Translations under genes and position numbers: made by a program
Shown here: positions 1 through 13,370 of the stretch, piece by piece
How positions within the stretch are numbered: the stretch's first letter is position 1
Layout of the letters: each line of letters begins with the position of its first letter
Notes under the pieces: model-generated
What the model was told of the DNA's origin: nothing
What the model saw: only the letters and a program-made list of their open reading frames with translations
Databases searched by the model: none
Origin: Mobula hypostoma
Lineage: Eukaryota
NCBI RefSeq assembly: GCF_963921235.1
Contig: NC_086097.1
Location: 141,672,001-141,736,000 of the forward strand
Length of the DNA stretch: 64,000 nucleotides
Direction: 5' to 3'

Positions 1-1268
1 TGCAGAGAGAGAGAAAAAAAACACAAATCATACAAACAATAAAAGGAAGCAATAGCATTAAGAACCAAATTGAGTCCATAGACGCAGAACCCAGAGCAGC
101 CAGAGTAGGCCCATAGCCCCAGTCTCAGTTCATCAGACAGTGGGGCAAATCACCGCAAAGTTTGCAGATCCGAGCCCTGGAGAAACTGGAGTAGTCTCAC
201 AGCCTTAGTGCTATGGAGAGAGGAGAAAACGTCACAGAAGAGTGAGCAGAATTGGCCTAATCTTCGCCTCCATTCCTGACACCCTGCCTTTTCAGTCTAT
301 CTGGGCCAGCACTTAAATCATCCAAACACCAGATTGTCCCTCACATTAGGACCCCGGCCCAACGCAGCAGTAGCTTCTGGGTCTGCCCATACTCAACCTT
401 TCCAAATCAACCCGGCACTTAGACCGATCCAACCTCACTCCTGGTTTCAGTGGACGGGCTCTGGAACTCCTCCGCTCCAACTCCTCTCCGATTCGTTACC
501 TCCAACTCTGTCTTGAACATGCCTCAACCTTGCTCCAACCACTTCTCCTCAAACACTCCGACTTTGCATCGCACCCACACAGTTGAATCCTCAACTCAGC
601 CTCGCCTCTTCATTGTTTGTGGTGATAGTTTACCACAATTTACCATAGAAAAAGTGTTATTAATGAAGTATTTAGTTGTAGTTCTTGCCTTATGAATTAC
701 TAGTAAGCTGTCACCCAACTTCAGTAGTGACATCTTAAACCAGAAGAGCATTATTGAAATTACATCGTTAGTAGTGTGTGCAGTATCAGTTTCCTTATAA
801 AAAGAATGGATGTTAACATGTCAGAAGCAGTTCAGAGGTTTACTACACTCATTTCTGAAAACGGCAAATAGTCTTATGAGAAAAGGTTGACAGGCTGGGT
901 CTGTACCTGCTGGAGTTTCAAAATGTGAGAGGTAACTTCAATGAAACATACAAGTTCCAAATCTATTGGGTATTTCTATATTCTTTTTTGTTGTCGTATT
1001 CTCTTCAGAACTTATGACCCTAAGGGTGGATAGGGAAAGGATATTTATCTTGCGGAGAATTTAGAAGTAGGAGTTACTATTTAAAAATTGGAATCAGCTT
1101 TTAAGGGAGAGAAAGATAATTTATAAGTAAAGGGGTTAAGGCTACCAATGAAGAGTGAGGTTACAGTTAGGTCAGCCAAGATCTTGTGAATTGACAGGAC
1201 AGACCTGAGGAGCTGAGTAGCCTATTCTTGTTTTTCATTGGCATTTAGTATGTTCCTATATCACTTAC

Positions 1269-1342
1269 CTTTTCTTTGATGTTATTATCAATTCCAGTAA
1301 TGACTGCATTTGGTTTGATTACCACCACTGTAAAAATTTTGT
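1269..1342 (-). CDS. NME8: NME8/NME9-like gene, coding exon 7 (start of NDK domain): (D)KIFTVVVIKPNAVITGIDNNIKEK; gene continues beyond window start
   Basis: Flanked by ttttcag acceptor and gtaagtga donor; 74 nt, phase 1 to 0, in frame with exon 6; IKPNAV resembles the NDK IKPDAV motif. NME8 vs NME9 not resolved. Confidence 0.88.
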
Positions 1343-1567
1343 CTGAAAAGAAATTAAAACTTCTTGTAATCTTGCCAAAACATACATACTATAGTCCTTA
1401 GAGTAAGTAAAACCTTTCTTTTGGTTTGATGACAATTCCAGAAGAGTCTATGCCAGCGATCCCAGCAACCATATTATGATAATATCCCTAGGCAATCTCT
1501 GCTGCTCCACAGGCTTTTGTAGAGAAAATAGAATGGAATGAATGGTGGCCATGCCACCAATAGTATT

Positions 1568-3135
1568 CAGTACCTAGACAAAGTATTCATCTCCCCTTGG
1601 AAGTTTTCATGTTTTATTGTTTTACAACTTTGAATCTCAGTGGATTTGGCTTTTTTGACACTGATCAATAGAAAAAGACTCTTTCGTGTCAAAGTGAAAA
1701 CAGATCTCTAAAAAGATAACTAAATTAATTAGAAATATAAAATTCAAAATAATTGATTGTGTAAGTATTCATCTCTTTTAGTATGGCACAGTAAATCATC
1801 ATTGATGTAGCCAATTGGTTTTAGAAGTCACATAATTAGTTAAATGGAGATCACCATGTTCAGTCAAGGTGTAGTTCTGAAAGGTCCAACTGCTGGTGAG
1901 TCAGTATCCTGGCAAAAACTACGCCATGAAGTCAAAAGAACACTCCAAGCAACTCCACGAAAAGGTTATTGAAAAGCACAAGTCAGGAGATGGATACATG
2001 AAAATTTCCAAATCACTGAAAATCACTTGGAGTACAGTTAAGTCAATCGTCAAGAGATGGAAAGATTTACAGCTATAACTCTGACTAGAGCAGACAATCC
2101 TCAAAAACTGAGTGACCATGCAAGGAGACTAGTGAGGGAGGCCACCAAGCGACCTACAACGACTCTGGAGGAATTACAAGCTTCAGTGTCTGAGATGGGA
2201 GAGACTGTACATTCAACAACTTGCCTGGGTGCTTCACCAGTTGCAGCTTTAGTAGCAAAGAGAAAGCCACTGTTGAAAAAAACTCACATGAAATCTCGGC
2301 TGCAGTTTGCGAGAAGGCATGTGGGAGACTCTGGAGTCAGCTGAAAGAAGGTTCTATGGTCTGATGAGACCAAATTTGAGCTTTTTGGCCATCAGACTAA
2401 ACACTCTGCTTGGCATAAGCCAGACACTGCACATCATCAAAACACACCATCCCTACCATGAAGGCTGGTGCTGGCTGCATCATGCTGTGGGGATAATTCA
2501 CTGCAACAGGCTCTGGAAGGCTTCTGAAGGTAAAGGGTAAAATGAATGCAGAAAAATATAAGGAAATCCTGAAGGAAAACCTGATGCAGTCCGTAAGAGA
2601 ACTGAAACTTGGAAGAAGATTTGTTTTCCAGCAAGACAATGACCCCAAGCATAAAGCCAAAACTACACAGAAATGGCTTAAAAACAACAAAGTTCATGTC
2701 CTGGAGTGGTCAAGTCAGATTCCAGACCTCAATCCTATTGAGAATTTGTGGCTGGACTTGAAAAGGGCTGTTCACTCACAATCCCTGTGCATTCTGACAG
2801 AGTTTGGGGAAAAACTGCAGTGTCCAGATGTGCAAAGCTGATAGAGAACTATCCACACACACTCAAGGCTGTAAACGGTGCCAAAGGTGCATCTACTAAA
2901 TACTGACTTGAAGGGATGAATACTTATGCAATCAATTATTTTGTGTTTTATATTTGTAATTAATTTAGATCAGTTTGTAAAGATCTGTTTTCACTTTGAC
3001 ACAAAAGAGTCTTCTTCTGGTAAAGAGTGTCAAAAGAAGCCAAATTAAATCCACTGTGATTCAATGTTGTAAAGCAATAAAACATGAAAACCTCCGGGGG
3101 TGGGGGGGGGGGGAGGATACTTTTTATAGGTACTG
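1568..3135 (+). mobile_element. Tc1-family (IR/DR type) DNA transposon, full length, transposase disrupted
   Basis: Long terminal inverted repeats (cagtacct...aggtactg followed by TA) with internal repeated aagtattcatc motif; ORF pieces 1896-2841 give the HTH region and QQDNDPKH / WSSQIPDLNPIENLW catalytic motifs, broken by frameshifts and stops. Confidence 0.92.
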
Positions 3136-3544
3136 TATCTTAGATGTCTATGAATAAGATGTAGCTGATTCTAAGTTTTAGGATTTCTTTGTCTCCTAAA
3201 TAAATAGCATTATTTCCTCAAGTGTTTTGGTTTAAGGAGATCCCTGTAAAACATGAAAAAAAAGTAACAGTTTTCAGGAGGCCATGGCAGGGGCATTACG
3301 CTAACATTTTTGGGAAGGACAGAGGATGGGAATCTGAGAGGAGAGTCAAGTAAGAAGAAAGGAAGCTGAAAGTGGAAGATAGATGTGAAGTATGCAAAAT
3401 GGATAAGCAACAGAAATAAATACAGGCAAAAACAATATAAAAAAAAATTAAAAAGCTTAAGATCCTGTATTCAAATGCACACAGACCCTGTATTTAAAGA
3501 CCCTCTGTTTCTGGGTGCTTGAATTACAATCACAAATAGTCACA

Positions 3545-4732
3545 AACAGTCAGACTTCAGCTCAGTGTTTACCACCATCATACCCCAGAAACTGGTGGGG
3601 AAACTGTCCTCATTGGGTCTAAACAGCTCCCTCTGTAACTGGATCCTGGACTTCTTAACAGAGGCCACAGTCAGTCCGTGTGGGCAGCAATGTCTATAGT
3701 TCCATTACACTGAGCACTGGTGCCACCCGAGGCTCTGTGCTCAGCCCGCAGCTGTTCACACTGCTGACACATAACTGTGTTGCAGCATTCAGCTCAAACT
3801 GTGTCATCAAGTTTATGGATGACACAACAGTGGCTGGTCTCATCAACAACAGTGATGAGTCGGAATACAGGGAGGAAGTGGAGCGGCTGGTGTACTAGTG
3901 TGAAAAGAACAAACTAAGTCTAAAAATGGAGAAGACCAAGGAAGTCATTGTAGACTTCAAGAAGGATCAGATGAACCATCCCCTTCTGTGAATACATGGC
4001 TCCTCTGTAGAGAGAGTTAAGTGCACCAAGTTCCTGAGACTTCACATCACATAAGACCTCACCTGGTCCCTCAATATCACCTCTCTGAACAAGAAGACAT
4101 AGCAGCACCTCCACTTCCTAAGGAGATCGAGGCAAGTGAGGCTTCACCCCCCTCACCCCTCCATCCCATCTTGACTGAATTTTACAGGAACACCATTGAG
4201 AACATCCTGACAAGCTGCATCTCCATCTGGTATGGGAGCAGCTGAGCAGTGGACTGGAAGTCCCAACATTGGACTGTGAGAACGGCTGAGAGGATCATAG
4301 GGGTCTCTTTACTATTCACCGGGGGCATTTATTTGGAGTGCTGTGCACACAGAGCCCTTGGTATTATCAAGGATCCCACTCAAATATCCAGAATCCTCTT
4401 TTACTTTCTACCAGGAGATTCCAATGCATAAAAACAACAACGGTTAGGAGGGAAACCGTTTCTTCCCTCGGGCCATTAGGCTTCTGAACTCCCTCCTACA
4501 TCACATTCAAAGTGTCACTGGTTAATCTGTCTGTACCTGGCAATATTTAATTTATCACTTTACTTAGTTTATTTATGCATAATTCATCAGTAAATTTTAT
4601 CCTTACTTTCCTAAGTTATTGTGTGTTTTGTGTAATATTATTCTTTACATCCGGGTCCAGAGAAACTTTGTCTCACCTGATGGTATACATGTACTGTATA
4701 TAGTTAAATGACAATAAATTTGACTTGACTTG
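3545..4732 (+). mobile_element. Rex1/Babar-type LINE 3' fragment, degenerate
   Basis: RT remnants ([37 protein letters not shown]), then AATAAA and a (ttgac)n tail. Confidence 0.8.
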
Positions 4733-6027
4733 ACCTGAAATGGTTATGGGGTAGAGGACTGCAGTGTGTCGATGGTGAAAGACTGGTCATTCAGCTAACA
4801 TTGCACTTTGTCGGAATAATGTAGGAATTTAAATACAGAGAGACCATAATAAGAGTAGAATGGAAAATGAAGGTGAAAATAACTGGAAGCTCAGAATAAT
4901 CTTTGTGGACCAAATGACAACTGCAGCTTCTTTCAATCCTGTGCAGAAGCACCCACCCCACCCTCCCCCCTCCCCCACAATCCCAGACGGTGATGCAGCT
5001 AGTTAAAATGCTCTCCACAATACATCTGCAGAAATTTGCGAGTATAGTTGGTGTCATACCAACTCTCCTCAAACTTCTAATGAAATATAGCCGCTGTCAT
5101 GCCTTCGTCATAACTGCATTGATATGTTGGGCCCAGTATAGCTCCTCAGAGATGTTGACACCCAGGAACTTGAAATTGCTCACTCTTTCCATTTCTGATC
5201 CCTCTATGAGGGCTAGTGTGTTCCCTCAGCTTACCCTTTCCGAAGTCCACAATCAGTTCTTTGGTCTTACTGATGTTGTGTGCAAGATATTTGCTGTGAC
5301 ACCACTCAACTAGCTGAGTATATCTCGCTCCTGTACACCTTCTCGTCATCATCTGAAATTCAGTCAACAGTAATTGTGTCATCAGCAAATTTATAGGGTG
5401 GCATTTGAGCTGTGCCTAGCCACACAGTCATGGGTGTAGAGAGAGCAGTGCAGTGGGGTAAACACACATTCGTGAGATGTTGATAATCAGTGAGATGGAG
5501 ATGTTATTTCCAGTATGCAGACTGTAGCCTTCCAAAAGGGAGTCAAGGATCTAGTTGCAGAGGGAGGGTCAGAGACCCAGATTTTAGAGCTTTTCAATCA
5601 GAACTGCAGGAATGATTGTGTTAAACACTGAGTTGTTAAACAGCATCCTGACATAAGTATTATTAGGGCCACAAGAAGAGCCAATGAGGTTGCATTGCTG
5701 TAGACCTATTGTGATGATAAGCAAACTGCAGTGGGTGCAGATCCTTGTTGAGAGAGGAGTTGAATCTAGCCATAACCAATCTCTTATCATCAAAGAGGAG
5801 AGAGCTACAGGATGACAGTCATTAAGACAGCTCACACTGTTCTACTTGGGCACTGGTACGATTGTTGTCCTTTTGAAGCAGGTGGGAACTTCTGACTGTA
5901 TCAATGAGAAGACTGAAAATGCTTTGAACACATCCGCCAGTTGGCACAGGTTTTTCAGAGCTCTACCAGGTACACCATCGGGGCCTGTCACCTTGCAAGG
6001 GTTCACCCTCTTGAAAAACAATCTGAT

Positions 6028-8852
6028 ACTCCCATTACCACTGATGAGATTAAGAATGTTATTTCCTCTATGAACCTGGGGAAAGCTCCTGGCCCTGATG
6101 GGTTTACAGCAGAATTTTATAAATGTTTTGCACCTTCATTAATCCCTTGGTTCTGTAGGGTTTTCGAGGCTTCATTAAAACTTGGTAAACTTCCCAAATC
6201 TTTCAATAGAGTGTCAATCTCTCTAATATTAAAGAAGGATAAAGATCCTGCTCAATGTGCATCTTATAGACCAATATCTTTATTAAATGTTGATTCTAAA
6301 ATTTTTTCTAAATTATTAGCAAACAGATTAGAAAAAGTACTTCCTTTTATTATTTCGGAAGACCAAACGGGTTTTATTAAAGGTCGTTACTCTTTTTATA
6401 ACATTCGCACACTGTTGAATATTGTTTATACCCCCTCACAAAATGTTCCTGAGTGTGTTATCTCTTTAGATGCTGAGAAAGCTTTTGATAAAGTAGAATG
6501 GCCTTACTTATTTAAGGTGCTTGAAATGTTTAATTTTAGCTCGGAATTTATATCCTGGATCAAATTGTTATATCATTCTCCTGTGGCCTCAGTCTGTACT
6601 AACTCTTTAAGCTCACCTTTTTTCCCTCGTTTTCGAGGTACTCGACAAGGTTGTCCTCTTAGTCCTTTATTATTTGATATTACATTAGAACCTCTTGCAA
6701 TTGCCATTCGAGAATCTCCAAATATTACTGGGATAACTCGGGGCTTAAAATCCCATAAAATATCACTCTATGCCGATGACTTACTTTTATATATTTCTAA
6801 TCCTCAAAAATCCATCCCTGCTGTTTTAGATTTATTAGCACAATTTAGTCTTTTTTCAGGTTATAAATTAAATCTTAGTAAGAGTGAACTTTTCCCGATT
6901 AATAAACAACTTCCCTTATATCATAACTTTCCGTTTAAATTGATTAATAATTATTTTTCATATCTTGGGATTAAAATTATTTGTAAACACAAAGATTTAT
7001 TTAAGATTAATTTTTTACCCTTAATTGACCATATTATTCAACTTTCATCTAAATGGTTTCCATTATATTTAACTTTGATTGGTCGTATTAATGCAGTTAA
7101 GATGTTTTTTCTGCCAAAATTTTTATATATATTTCAGGCATTACCGATTTTTGTTCCAAAATCTTTTTTTGATAAAGTTGACTCAAAAATTTCTTTATTT
7201 ATTTGGCAAAATAAAAACCCGAGACTGGGTAAAATACACTTACAGAAAGCTAAGAGAGATGGAAGTTTAGCATTACCTAACTTTAGATTCTATTATTGGG
7301 CAATTAATATTCGACATATGAAATTTTGGTTACTTGACCAGGATATACTATCCATTCCTAAATGGGTAGCAATGGAATTACAATCTGTTCAGGACTATAC
7401 ACTTGGCTCTATTTTAGGTTCCTCTCTTCCTTTTGATTTGAAACGCCTCAAACAGGTCTCTAACCCGATAGTTAAATATACCTTACGTATTTGGTTTCAA
7501 TTCAGAAAATTTTTTGATCTTAACCAATTTGGGCTAGCGATTCCTATTTTAGGTAACATATTTTTTCCTCCCTCTTTCACAGATCGTGCTTTTCAAATTT
7601 GGAAGACTAAGGGTATTTCACGGTTTTTGGATTTATTTTTAGATGGTTCCCTTATGTCTTTTGAACAATTATCTAATAAATATAATTTATCAAGAATATA
7701 TTTTTTTAGATATCTACAAGTTAGAAATTTCCTAAGTACTATACTTTCTTCCTTTCCAATGCTTCCTCCTACATATATTTTAGATACTATAATTAACCTT
7801 AATCCATGTCAGAAAGCTGCATCGGCTATGATTTATAATATTATTATGAAACTTAGGAAAGCTCCATTTGATAAGATTAGGGTAGATTGGGAACAGGAAT
7901 TGGGTTCTATCATTTCCGTGGATGACTGGGGGCAGATTTTACAATTAGTCAATACTTCCTCTATCAGTGCTAAACATTCCCTAATTCAATTTAAAGTTGT
8001 TCATAGAGCACATATGTCCAAAAATAAATTAGCTCGTTTTTATTCTCATATTAATCCTTTTTGTGATAGATGTCCGGGGCAGATAGCCTCTTTAACTCAT
8101 ATGTTTTGGTCTTGTCCTACTCTGGAAACTTTTTGGAGAGACATTTTTAATATTATCTCAAAGGTATTGAATATAGATATCTCTCCTCACCCTATTACTG
8201 CTATCTTTGGATTACCTAAAATTTCCAGTAATCTTTCTCCTTCAGCCCGTAGAATGATTGTATTTCTTACTTTAATGGCGAAAAGATGTACCTTACAACA
8301 TTGGAAAGAGCTTAATGCTCCAACTACCTTTTTTCGGTTTTCTCAGACGATATTATGCTTGAATTTGGAGAAAATTAGAAGCAATCTCTATGATTCCTCA
8401 CTTAAATTTGAACAGACCTGGAGATCTTTTATTCAATATTTTCATTTAATGTAATTTTTTTTTCTTCTCTTTTTTGCTCCATATTTATATTCCCTTCTTG
8501 TTTTTTCTTACTGTTTTTAATGGAGGTCGGGTTTGAGGACGTGATTTTAAGTTCTTTAACTCTACTTGGTTCCAAGTTAGCCCATTGCTTTGCTTTGCTT
8601 TTAGTTTAGTTGCACGGTGGGTTTTTTTTGGGGGGGTTTTTGGGGGTTTTGTTTCCTTTTCTCTATTGATATATATATATAAAAATTAGTATACTATTAT
8701 GTTACCTTATTATGTAATGTTTAAATTACATTGTTTGTATCATTTTTTTTATCTGTATTAATATCTCCTGTAATTTTATTATATTCTAACAGTGTATTAG
8801 TGCCTATATGGCTTACCTTTTTGTATACTTATTCAATAAAAAGATTTAAAAA
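6028..8852 (+). mobile_element. 5'-truncated L1-clade LINE with uninterrupted ORF2 (RT + C-terminal CCHC zinc knuckle), 3' UTR and poly(A)
   Basis: ORF to 8454 with KAPGPDGF, YRPISLLNVD, GTRQGCPLSP, YADD and CDRC...HMFWSC; AATAAA at 8835 and an A-tail; 14-bp TSD AAAAACAATCTGAT at 6014-6027 and 8853-8866. Confidence 0.95.
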
Positions 8853-8920
8853 AAAAACAATCTGATGTCTGCCTTCAAGACAGAGATTGCTGGATCACCG
8901 GGTGCTGCAGGGATTCCCAT

Positions 8921-9220
8921 AGTGTGGCCAAGTGGTTAAGGTATTTGTCTAGTGATCTGAAGATCGCTAGTTCAAGCCTTGGCTGAGGCAGCGTGTTGTG
9001 TCCTCGAGCAAGGCACTTAACCACACGTTGCTCTGCGACGATATCGGTGCCAAGCTGTGTAAGTCCTAATACCCTTCCCTTGGACAACATCGGTGGCGTG
9101 GAGGGGAGACTTGCAGCATGGGCAACTGCCAGTCTTCTATACAACCTTGCCAGACCTGCGCCCTGGAAACCTTCCAAGGCACAAATCCATGGACTCATGA
9201 GACTAACGGATGCCTATATT
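8921..9220 (+). mobile_element. tRNA-derived SINE
   Basis: Pol III A box TGGCCAAGTGG and B box-like GTTCAAGCC, about 300 bp, ends in a (tat)n tail. Confidence 0.75.
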
Positions 9221-10099
9221 ATTAGTGTTATTCTCTCTTTCAAAGCATGCATGAAAGGCTTTGAGCTCATCTGGGAGCGAAGCAACTCTGCCATTCATGA
9301 TGTTAGGTTTCGCTTTGTTGTAAGTAATGGCCTGCAAAATCTGCCTGAGCTGATGTGCATCTGATTCCACCTCTAACTTCACTTGGAACCGTTCCTACGT
9401 ACTTGAAGTAACCGTTCATAAGTCATACCTGGCCTTCTTGTATAGTCCTGAATCACCAGACTTAAATGCCACAGATCTAACCCGCAGCAAATTTCTAACC
9501 TCCTGGTTCATCCACAGTTTTTGATTTGGGTATGTACAGCATGTTCTGGTAGGCAAATATTCATCCACACAGGTTTTAATGAAGTCAGTGACAACTGTGG
9601 CATACCCATTCAGACTTGAAGATGAATCCCAGAATACAGTCCAGCCTCTGCCCATACTCAGGGAGTAGAAGGACAGCCAGGTGATCAGACTTTCCAAAGT
9701 GTGGGTATGAGATGGCACAGTAAGCACTCTTGAAGGTAGACTAACAGTGGTCCAGTGTTGTTAGCTCCTCTGGTTCCACATGTGATACGTTGCTAATAAT
9801 TGTTTTGCGACTTTTTCAAGCTGGCCTGGTTCAAATCCCCCAAAATGATGGGAAAGACCTGTTTCTTGCCTGTCGATTACATTGCTCAGTTCATCTGGAG
9901 CCTGTCTGACACTAGCCTGAGGTGGGATGGCACCATTACCAAGATGATGGCTGAAAACTCCCGCGACAAATAAAATGTTCCAGTTCAGGTGAACAGGACT
10001 GGGACAGCACTACCACGTTTATATACCACAAGCATACTCCCAGTACAAGTGAGTTTTTCATTGCATTTTGTGCATACATATACTTATGCATATGTCAAT

Positions 10100-11850
10100 A
10101 AATTCAACTATGACTTTATAAACTTTGTTCACATTGATGAGAGGAATTGAGTACAGGAATAGAGATGCCTTGCTGTAGTTTAGGGGGCCTGGGTGGGACC
10201 AGACATGAAGCACTAAGTTTTGGTCTTCTTGACCAACAAAGGATTGATATGCCATTAAGGATGTGACATAGATTTATTGGACTGGAAGGATAAGGACGAC
10301 CATGCTATTAGAAGGATGTGATTAAGGTGGAGAGAATACAGAAAAGATTCACAGGAATGTTACCTGACTGGAGGAATTGAATTATCTCAAGAGATTAGAT
10401 GGCTGGAATTGTTTTCTTTGGAGTAAACAAGGCTGATGGGTAACCTTTTAGAGGTTTATAAAATCATGAACTTTATAAGGGTATCATCACATGGGTTTGT
10501 CCCTATAACTATCTTGAAATCACTAAAATTATGGTCACTGGTCCCAAAGTGTCTATAAACACATCAACCTCTTTCCCTAGGAAGAGACTGAGTATAGTCC
10601 TTTATCAAGTTCAACTTCAACCTCAACTTCCCCAGTATAGACTGGGATCCCTTTAGTGCAAATGGTTTAGATGGGATAGAACTTGTTGGATGCATCCAGG
10701 AAAGTTTCTTAAATCAGTATGTAGATAGTCCAACAAGTGGAGGGACCATACTGGACCTCGTGTTGGGAAATGAGCCAGCACAGGTGACTGTTCCCTCAAT
10801 ATTCTCCCACTGAAAGGTCAGTGATCAAACTCCTTAAGTTTTAAGTTAGCTTTAGGTAAGGATAATTATGGCCCTTGTGGGAAAGTATTGAATTGAAGCA
10901 GTGTAAATTATGAGAGTATTAGGCAGTTAATTGGGACAGTTGTTTTTGTGCAAGTCCACATCTGACACGAGAAGGATGTTTAAAAATCAACTGCAGAGTT
11001 ATGTAAGAAGGAAGTATGAGGATGGGTATGTAAGAGAACCTTGGATGTCAAGGGAGATGGTGAATTTAGCCAAGAAGAAAAAGGAAGTATATGTAAGATT
11101 TAGGAAAATAGAATCAAACAGAGAACTTGAGAACAGGGTCCTGGAAGAACGTTGTTTCATTTTTACTGTGTACTGTACCAGTTGCTTATGGTCAAAATGA
11201 CAATAAACTTGACTTGACTTGAGAATTATAAAGAAGCTAGGAAAGAACTCAAGAAGGGAAGACAGCCAGAAAGAGCCATGAAAAGTCCTTGGCAAGTAGG
11301 ATTAAAAAGAATTCCAAGGCATTCTAAACAAATATCAAGAGGATAACTAAAGAGATGGAAGGATACAGGAGGAAATATATGCTCGAAATGAGTGTTTACC
11401 AAAGAGAAGGACACAGAGGAGTGTGCTAATATGCTAGAAAATGTTAAGATGAAGTTAATTCTCTTTAAAAACATTAAAGTGGATAAGTCCCCAGAGTCTA
11501 ATGGGATATACCCCAGGTTACTGAGAAAGTTAACTGATGAGATTGCTGGGCAATCTAAAAATGTCTATAACTAGAGAGCTTGCATTTAAGGTGGAAGGGA
11601 GATCAAAGGAGATGTCAAAGCAAGTTTTTTTTTACACAGGGTGTTGGGTGCCTGGAATGTGCTGCCAAAGAAGGAAAGGAGTCAATTATGAAAGGGAAGA
11701 TTAGTGGGCTCTTTGATAGGCACGTGAATATAGATGGAGGGATATGGGCATTGTATAGGTAGAAACAGTTAGTTTATCTAGGCATTTAATTACTAGTTTA
11801 ATTGGTTTGGCACAGTATGATGGCTGAAGGGTCTGTTCCTGTGCTGTGTT
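10100..11850 (+). mobile_element. Old, fragmented CR1 LINE pieces
   Basis: Decayed CR1 endonuclease/RT remnants (EPWMSRE, IKVDKSPESNGIYPRLLR) and CR1 3' end gaagggtctgttcctgtgctgt. Confidence 0.7.
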
Positions 11851-12985
11851 CTATGACACAGAAGGAAACCATTTGGCCTATCCATCTATGCTTGCTCTCA
11901 GGGCAATCTCATCAATGCCATTCCACCTTTTGCTTCCCATTCTCTCCCGTCAACTCCTACCACTTCTTCTACCAACCATCCACTCCAGGGTCAATTTTTA
12001 CAATTCCAATTAACCTACTAATGAGCTCCTGTTTAGATATGGGAGGAAAGTGAGGTGCTGGGGAAATCCATGTGGTCATAATAAGAACTTAGAAACTCCA
12101 TACAGATAGCACCAGAAGTTAGAAACAATTCTCAATCAAAGAAGCTGTGAGACAGCCCTTTATGTTACAGTTATACACTGCTCTTTGTAAAAGAGTGAGT
12201 TCTCTTTTTCGTTTGACTTTGATCTGCTTTCACACTCAGAATGATTTAATGGGGTAGATGAGAAACTGAACCCAACTTCTTTGCTGAGGAAATCCTATCT
12301 GAATGAGTAAGCAAGTTCAGTTAAGGTTTACTTGACTAATACCTGGAATGGGCAAAATTTACTAATTAATATTCTTGATGGACAAGGGGATCAGGGAATA
12401 TGGCAGATGACGGGAAAATAAATTTGCGTTATAGACCTGCCAAAACAGGACTGAAACTTTAAAAATATTTTGAGATAGGGCTGCACAGTAGCATAGCTAG
12501 TAAAGCTGTACTGTGCCTGTGCTGCACTGTACTATGTTTAATAACAGAAAAGAAAGCCATTCAGCCGATCCAGTCCATGTCAACTCTTAGAGAAATCTCA
12601 TCAATTCCAGTCTTCCTGTTTATTTCCTATTCTCTCCCATCAACTCCTAGCAACTACTCAATTTAGGATCAATTTTTACAGTCACCAATTAAGTGTTCTC
12701 TGTGTAGAGTTTACACTTTAATCTAGAAACATGTGGTTTCCTACCACATAAGGTAATTGGCTACTATAGATTATCCCTTGTGTGTAGATGAGTGGTAGAG
12801 TCAAGAGCAGTTGATGGGAATTTGGGGAGAATAAAGTGGGTTAGTGTGTGGACATTGAGTAAAAACTGGTGCCAAAAAGTTACCATGGATTTAATGGACT
12901 AAAGAGTCTGTTTCGGCTGTATCTTTCTATGGCTTTTCTACCATTTATTCTAAAAGGTATATTTTATTACATCAGGATCACTCAC

Positions 12986-13061
12986 CAACTTGTCTGGATG
13001 TTGCTACCTGCATAAATTCTTCTATTTCATCTTCCACATCATATAACTGAACTGCTTGTAT
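12986..13061 (-). CDS. NME8: NME8/NME9-like gene, coding exon 6 (acidic linker): IQAVQLYDVEDEIEEFMQVATSRQV(D)
   Basis: tttaaccag acceptor and gtgagt donor; 76 nt, phase 0 to 1, exactly bridges exons 5 and 7; acidic linker between the Trx and NDK domains as in this family. Confidence 0.8.
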
Positions 13062-13370
13062 CTGGTTAAATATAAAACAGGATACTAATCATCAGCTTCA
13101 TTACAGATATTTTATTCATGTTATCCTGCTGATGAAACTATGCATTGTACAAATACCGGAGAAAGAGAGAGAAGGAGGAAGGGGGGGAGAGGAGGGAGGG
13201 AGAGAGCGGGGGTGGGGGGGAGAGAGAGAGAACCATTGATCTTTTTGGCACCCCTGCACTGTGTTCAGGGCTGAAGTCCTTCTTCAGATCTCTTTTAAAT
13301 CATGTCTCACCTTCAATATAAGCCCTCAAAGTTTTAGTTTTACTTCCCCTCTTCTTGGAAAAGGACAACG

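Larger units (their letters stand above)
4920..10030 (-). mobile_element. Degenerate Rex1/Babar-type LINE interrupted by an L1 and a SINE
   Basis: Minus-strand fragments VESILTSCITVW, SKTKELIVDF, CLNDCHPVAL and TDFIKTCVDE..TYPNQKLWMN lie on both sides of the L1 insertion. Confidence 0.75.

Noticed and set aside
1..745. Short ORFs 334-516 and 450-695
   Set aside because: No recognisable protein similarity; the region looks like the non-coding end of a repeat that I cannot classify with confidence.
5941..6027. N-terminus of the 837-aa ORF as a real protein start
   Set aside because: It lies outside the L1 TSD and is chance read-through from the flanking antisense Rex1/Babar sequence; the ORF is a truncated L1 ORF2, not a host gene.
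8921..9000. tRNA gene
   Set aside because: A and B boxes are present but there is no full cloverleaf, and it continues into a SINE body and tail.
13002..13010. Alternative donor CAG|GTAGCA for exon 6
   Set aside because: Gives phase 0, incompatible with the phase-1 start of exon 7; the gtgagt donor at 12985 is stronger and in frame.
13160..13230. Purine/G-rich tract (also the G-run at 3096-3113) as a functional G-quadruplex
   Set aside because: Simple low-complexity sequence common in such genomes; nothing here indicates function.
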